61,246 bases of DNA. Origin: Candidatus Gottesmanbacteria bacterium RIFCSPLOWO2_01_FULL_42_22 (lineage in GTDB: Bacteria; Patescibacteriota; Microgenomatia; 2-02-FULL-39-11). Positions within the stretch are counted from its first letter, which is position 1. The number at the start of each line of letters is the position of its first letter. Where the stretch lies: positions 1 through 61,246 of the forward strand of contig MFJU01000035.1 of NCBI GenBank assembly GCA_001779315.1. The letters run 5' to 3'. The translations under genes were made by a program, and so were the position numbers. The notes under the pieces are model-generated. The model made no database searches. It saw only the letters and a program-made list of their open reading frames with translations, and was not told the origin of the DNA. Positions 58,486 through 61,246 of this stretch are shown here, piece by piece.

Positions 58486-59307
58486 ATTGTTTATGGACTC
58501 CTGGTCGATCTGATTTCCCAAAAGGTCCAAAACTTTCAAATTAGTCATGTTTTTTAAGACTTCAGGCACGCTTGTCAGCTGGTTATCACTCAAATATAAA
58601 ACGCCCAAACCGCTCAGCTGTCCGACGGCTGCCGGCATTCTGCTGAATTTATTATTGCCTAAGAATAATGACCAAAGCCCGGACAGATTTCCGATTGTCT
58701 CAGGCAATTCGCTTAAATTATTGTAACTTAACTCCAAAGATTCCAGGGTTTTTAGGTTGCCGATTTCGGGAGGAAGAATGTTTATGCTATTCCAACTGAC
58801 ATTGAGATCGGTCAAAGCAGGCAATTGGTCTATGCCTATCGGAATTTCCGTAATTTGATTGGCGGAGAGGTCGATACGGGTTAAGGAAGGCATTTCCAGC
58901 AAAACCGGCGGGAACTGCTCAATTTTATTATCGTTGAGGATTATTTCCTTAAGTCTGGTTAAATTAGCCGTCTGAGACGGTAAAGAAGTCAAAAAATTAT
59001 AGCTTAAGTCTAAATATTCCAGATTGGTCAGGGTAAATACTTCATCCAATACGGTTTCCAAACTCCGTTTTGAGAGGTTTAGTTTGCAGACAGCCGCCGG
59101 ATTTTCCAAAGCTTTGTCCAAAGAATCAAAATCATATAGTGTTTCATCACTGCAATTTGAAGAAGTAATAGGATTTTCCTGCTGAACAGATACCTCGTCG
59201 GTGGCATTGGGGTTTTGGAAATAAACATAGGCAATTCCGGCAATGATCGAGAGAATTACGAAAACTGTTGTTAAAAGAAGATATTTTTTTTCGCTCATAA
59301 CGCTCAT
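58447..59307 (-). CDS. Membrane-anchored leucine-rich-repeat (LRR) surface protein.
   Basis: 286 aa with an N-terminal TM helix, a Cys-containing cap (CSDETLYDFDSLDKALENPAAVC) and about 8 repeats of about 23 aa (LxxLxLxxNxLxxLPxxIgxL). Confidence 0.8.
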   Translation of the reverse strand: MSVMSEKKYLLLTTVFVILSIIAGIAYVYFQNPNATDEVSVQQENPITSSNCSDETLYDFDSLDKALENPAAVCKLNLSKRSLETVLDEVFTLTNLEYLDLSYNFLTSLPSQTANLTRLKEIILNDNKIEQFPPVLLEMPSLTRIDLSANQITEIPIGIDQLPALTDLNVSWNSINILPPEIGNLKTLESLELSYNNLSELPETIGNLSGLWSLFLGNNKFSRMPAAVGQLSGLGVLYLSDNQLTSVPEVLKNMTNLKVLDLLGNQIDQESINNLKKSLPGTEIAF

Positions 59308-59346
59308 AAATTTAGTATAGCATAGAATAAAATAAGCATGTCAAGC

Positions 59347-60150
59347 TTAAAAAACAGACGGAAGTTCAATTTGCTGAAGCAGAGGCAGTTTCGGTAATTG
59401 CGGCGCTTCTTTGAAGGGATTGTTTTTCATATGCAGCACTTCGAGATTTTTTAATCCATTAATGACAGAAGGTATCTCTGAAAAGAGGTTGTCATTTAAA
59501 TATAATTCCCGAATGGGTACACGATTTAAATTAGCTGGTAAGTCTTTCAGCTGATTGCCGGTTAATTCCAGACTCTTTAAATTTTCCAAATCCCCCATCG
59601 AATCCGGCAACGAAGCCAGCTGGTTCCGGTTCAAAGACAGGAAGTTTAATTGTTTAAGCTCTCCGATTGACAGAGGTATGCCGGTCAGCCGGTTAAAGCC
59701 CAGTTCCAGTTTGGCCAACGAGGCAAGCTTAGTCAAAACCGGCGGCATTTCCGTAAACAGATTGTCGCCAAGGTCAATTTCCTTAAGTTTTTTCAGATTT
59801 TCCAGTCCATCCGGCAAACTTGTCAGACGGTTGCCGTGAAGATCGAGGATTTCCAGATTGGTTAAAAGCAGCAGTTTATCGGGAAAGTCGGTCAGATTTT
59901 GGCCGGCGGCTGAATAGCGGCAGATTTTTTCAGGGTTGGCCAGGACGTCATTAATATCCCGGTAGACTGTCAGATCGCTGCATTTATCAGGATTAAAGGC
60001 TTCAGAAGGTTTGGATTGCTTATTTAAAAACAAATCTTCGGCAAAATGTTGGTAAAGCGTGGAAACCCGGCTGACATAAAGAATTGATGACAGGCTGATC
60101 AATAGTATAATGGCAGAAAGCCAATCAACATTTCTGGTCAGTTTTTTCAT
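59347..60150 (-). CDS. Membrane-anchored LRR surface protein (tandem paralogue).
   Basis: The architecture is the same (CSDLTVYRDINDVLANPEKIC cap plus LRRs). I prefer the start at MKKLTRNVDW (60150), because the track start at 60213 would overlap asnB. Confidence 0.75.
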   Translation of the reverse strand: MKKLTRNVDWLSAIILLISLSSILYVSRVSTLYQHFAEDLFLNKQSKPSEAFNPDKCSDLTVYRDINDVLANPEKICRYSAAGQNLTDFPDKLLLLTNLEILDLHGNRLTSLPDGLENLKKLKEIDLGDNLFTEMPPVLTKLASLAKLELGFNRLTGIPLSIGELKQLNFLSLNRNQLASLPDSMGDLENLKSLELTGNQLKDLPANLNRVPIRELYLNDNLFSEIPSVINGLKNLEVLHMKNNPFKEAPQLPKLPLLQQIELPSVF

Positions 60151-60159
60151 CAAATACAT

Positions 60160-61246
60160 ATGTGCGGTATTGCCGGCAAATTGCATTTTAAACCCCATAA
60201 ATTCGGGAGGCAAGCAGAATTATCCCGGATAAAAAAAACACTGCAAATTCTTAAACACCGCGGGCCGGATGACCGGGGTTACTTTCTCGGGCAGAATATC
60301 TGGTTAGCTGCTGCCCGTTTGGCTATTATCGATTTGTCCCCGAAAGCGCACCAGCCGATGGTTTCCCGTGACGGCAATCTGGTTTTGGTTTTTAACGGTG
60401 AAATTTATAATTACCGGGAGATACGGAAAACACTTAAAGACAGGTATAATTTTAATTCTGAAAGCGATACGGAAGTACTGTTGGCTCTTTACCGGGAATA
60501 CGGAGTCGATTGCCTTAAGTTTCTGCGGGGTATGTTTGCTTTTGCCCTGTGGGATAAAAGATTAAGCCGCCTTTTTCTGGCGCGGGACCGTTTGGGAAAA
60601 AAACCTCTGAAATATCATATTGACGGCAAATTTCTGGTTTTTGCTTCCGAACTTAAGGCTTTTATCAATTCTCCCGGAGTCCCGAAAGAAATTGATTATC
60701 AGGCTCTTTCGGATTTTATCTCCCTAGGTTACGTGCCTTCCCCTAATACCGGTTTTAAACAGATAAAAAAACTTCCTGCTGCCCATTATCTTTTAGCTGA
60801 TGCTTCAGGCCGGATATTTATTAATCGTTATTGGCAGCCCCAATATGAACCAAAATTTGATATGCCCCAAGCCGACAGATTAACTTTGATTAAGAATAGT
60901 TTGACTGAAAGCATAAGGTTGCGCTTAAGAAGCGATGTGCCTCTGGGTTTTCACCTGTCAGGAGGTACTGATTCAACTTTAATTGCAGCTTTAGGATCAA
61001 GGATTGCCAAAAAGAAAATAAAAACCTTTACCGTCGGTTTTGAATACGGATATATGGATGAATCAGAAAACGCGCGTGAGACAGCTCTATTGATTGGGAG
61101 TGAACATCATGAAATAACAGTCAAAGAAGACAGTCTTAATCATTTACCCGAAATCATCAGGGCATATGAAGAGCCTTTTGCCGATGCTTCAATACTGCCA
61201 ACCTGGGCTTTAATGAAAGAAACCGCAAAATACGTGACCGTCGCTC
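60160..61246 (+). CDS. asnB: Asparagine synthase (glutamine-hydrolysing), N-terminal about 362 codons. It runs off the right edge and is not in the ORF track.
   Basis: My own translation from the ATG at 60160 reads MCGIAGKLHF...RLAIIDLSPKAHQPMVSRDGNLVLVFNGEIYNYREIRK...SDTEVLLALYREYG...LRGMFAFALWD...SDVPLGFHLSGGTDSTLIAA. It has the Cys2 nucleophile and the SGGxDS PP-loop. Confidence 0.85.
   Translation, partial: MCGIAGKLHFKPHKFGRQAELSRIKKTLQILKHRGPDDRGYFLGQNIWLAAARLAIIDLSPKAHQPMVSRDGNLVLVFNGEIYNYREIRKTLKDRYNFNSESDTEVLLALYREYGVDCLKFLRGMFAFALWDKRLSRLFLARDRLGKKPLKYHIDGKFLVFASELKAFINSPGVPKEIDYQALSDFISLGYVPSPNTGFKQIKKLPAAHYLLADASGRIFINRYWQPQYEPKFDMPQADRLTLIKNSLTESIRLRLRSDVPLGFHLSGGTDSTLIAALGSRIAKKKIKTFTVGFEYGYMDESENARETALLIGSEHHEITVKEDSLNHLPEIIRAYEEPFADASILPTWALMKETAKYVTVA

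Noticed and set aside
60151-60565. The track's N-terminal extension of the LRR gene to 60213, and ORF 60368-60565.
   Set aside because: Both conflict with the asnB frame that starts at MCGIAG (ATG at 60160) and has strong family motifs. The LRR protein has a natural start (MKKLTRNV...) at 60150.

Overview
This is a 61.2-kb, gene-dense, low-GC bacterial chromosomal window. I found no rRNA and no CRISPR array. All family calls come from reading motifs in the translations; no BLAST or HMM search could be run. Short housekeeping genes, a monoderm-style type IV pilus locus with no secretin or PilMNO, several toxin-antitoxin (TA) modules and a very large surface-glycan locus suggest an uncultivated small-genome bacterium of the Patescibacteria/CPR type; this is inference only.

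Layout:
- 1-1220: the 5' part of a large serine recombinase gene that runs off the left edge (missing from the ORF track), a structured repeat region, and tRNA-Leu(CAA).
- 1.3-9.5 kb: housekeeping and envelope genes (pepA, MFS transporter, lgt, DksA/TraR, RluA-type synthase, LCP-like protein, TPR protein, yebC).
- 9.46-10.49 kb: an orphan ~1-kb AT-rich non-coding stretch packed with palindromes, followed by a Xer-type tyrosine recombinase.
- 11.5-21.3 kb: SGNH hydrolase, then folD-gyrA-hppA-gyrB on the minus strand, then an IS200-like Y1 (RAYT-type) transposase gene flanked by REP-like palindromes, then holB.
- 21.4-29.5 kb: pilB-pilT-pilC, pilin, pilD, and six more prepilin-like genes.
- 29.6-33.3 kb: a small defence/TA islet (AAA+/DUF4143 ATPase, orphan Phd/YefM, MntA-HepT, RHH-PIN). 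Its TA part is bracketed by a duplicated 3' end of a GT2 gene.
- 33.3-61.2 kb: a ~28-kb glycan locus with 2 GT2, 4 GT1/GT4-like, 3 SGNH (one more at 11.5 kb), at least 6 GT-C-like polytopic membrane proteins, a Wzy_C/O-antigen-ligase-like gene, an alginate-lyase-like gene, a SAM methyltransferase, an embedded AbiEii-like module, two tandem LRR surface proteins and a partial asnB (also missing from the ORF track).

Most interesting candidates:
- The GT-C/Wzy_C-rich glycan locus next to the pilus genes, a possible pilin or surface-protein glycosylation and diversification system. It contains a duplicated three-gene GT cassette and a strongly AT-rich inserted block.
- The TA islet bracketed by GT2 3'-end repeats.
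- The REPtron-like RAYT unit.
- The palindrome-rich orphan kilobase upstream of the Xer gene.
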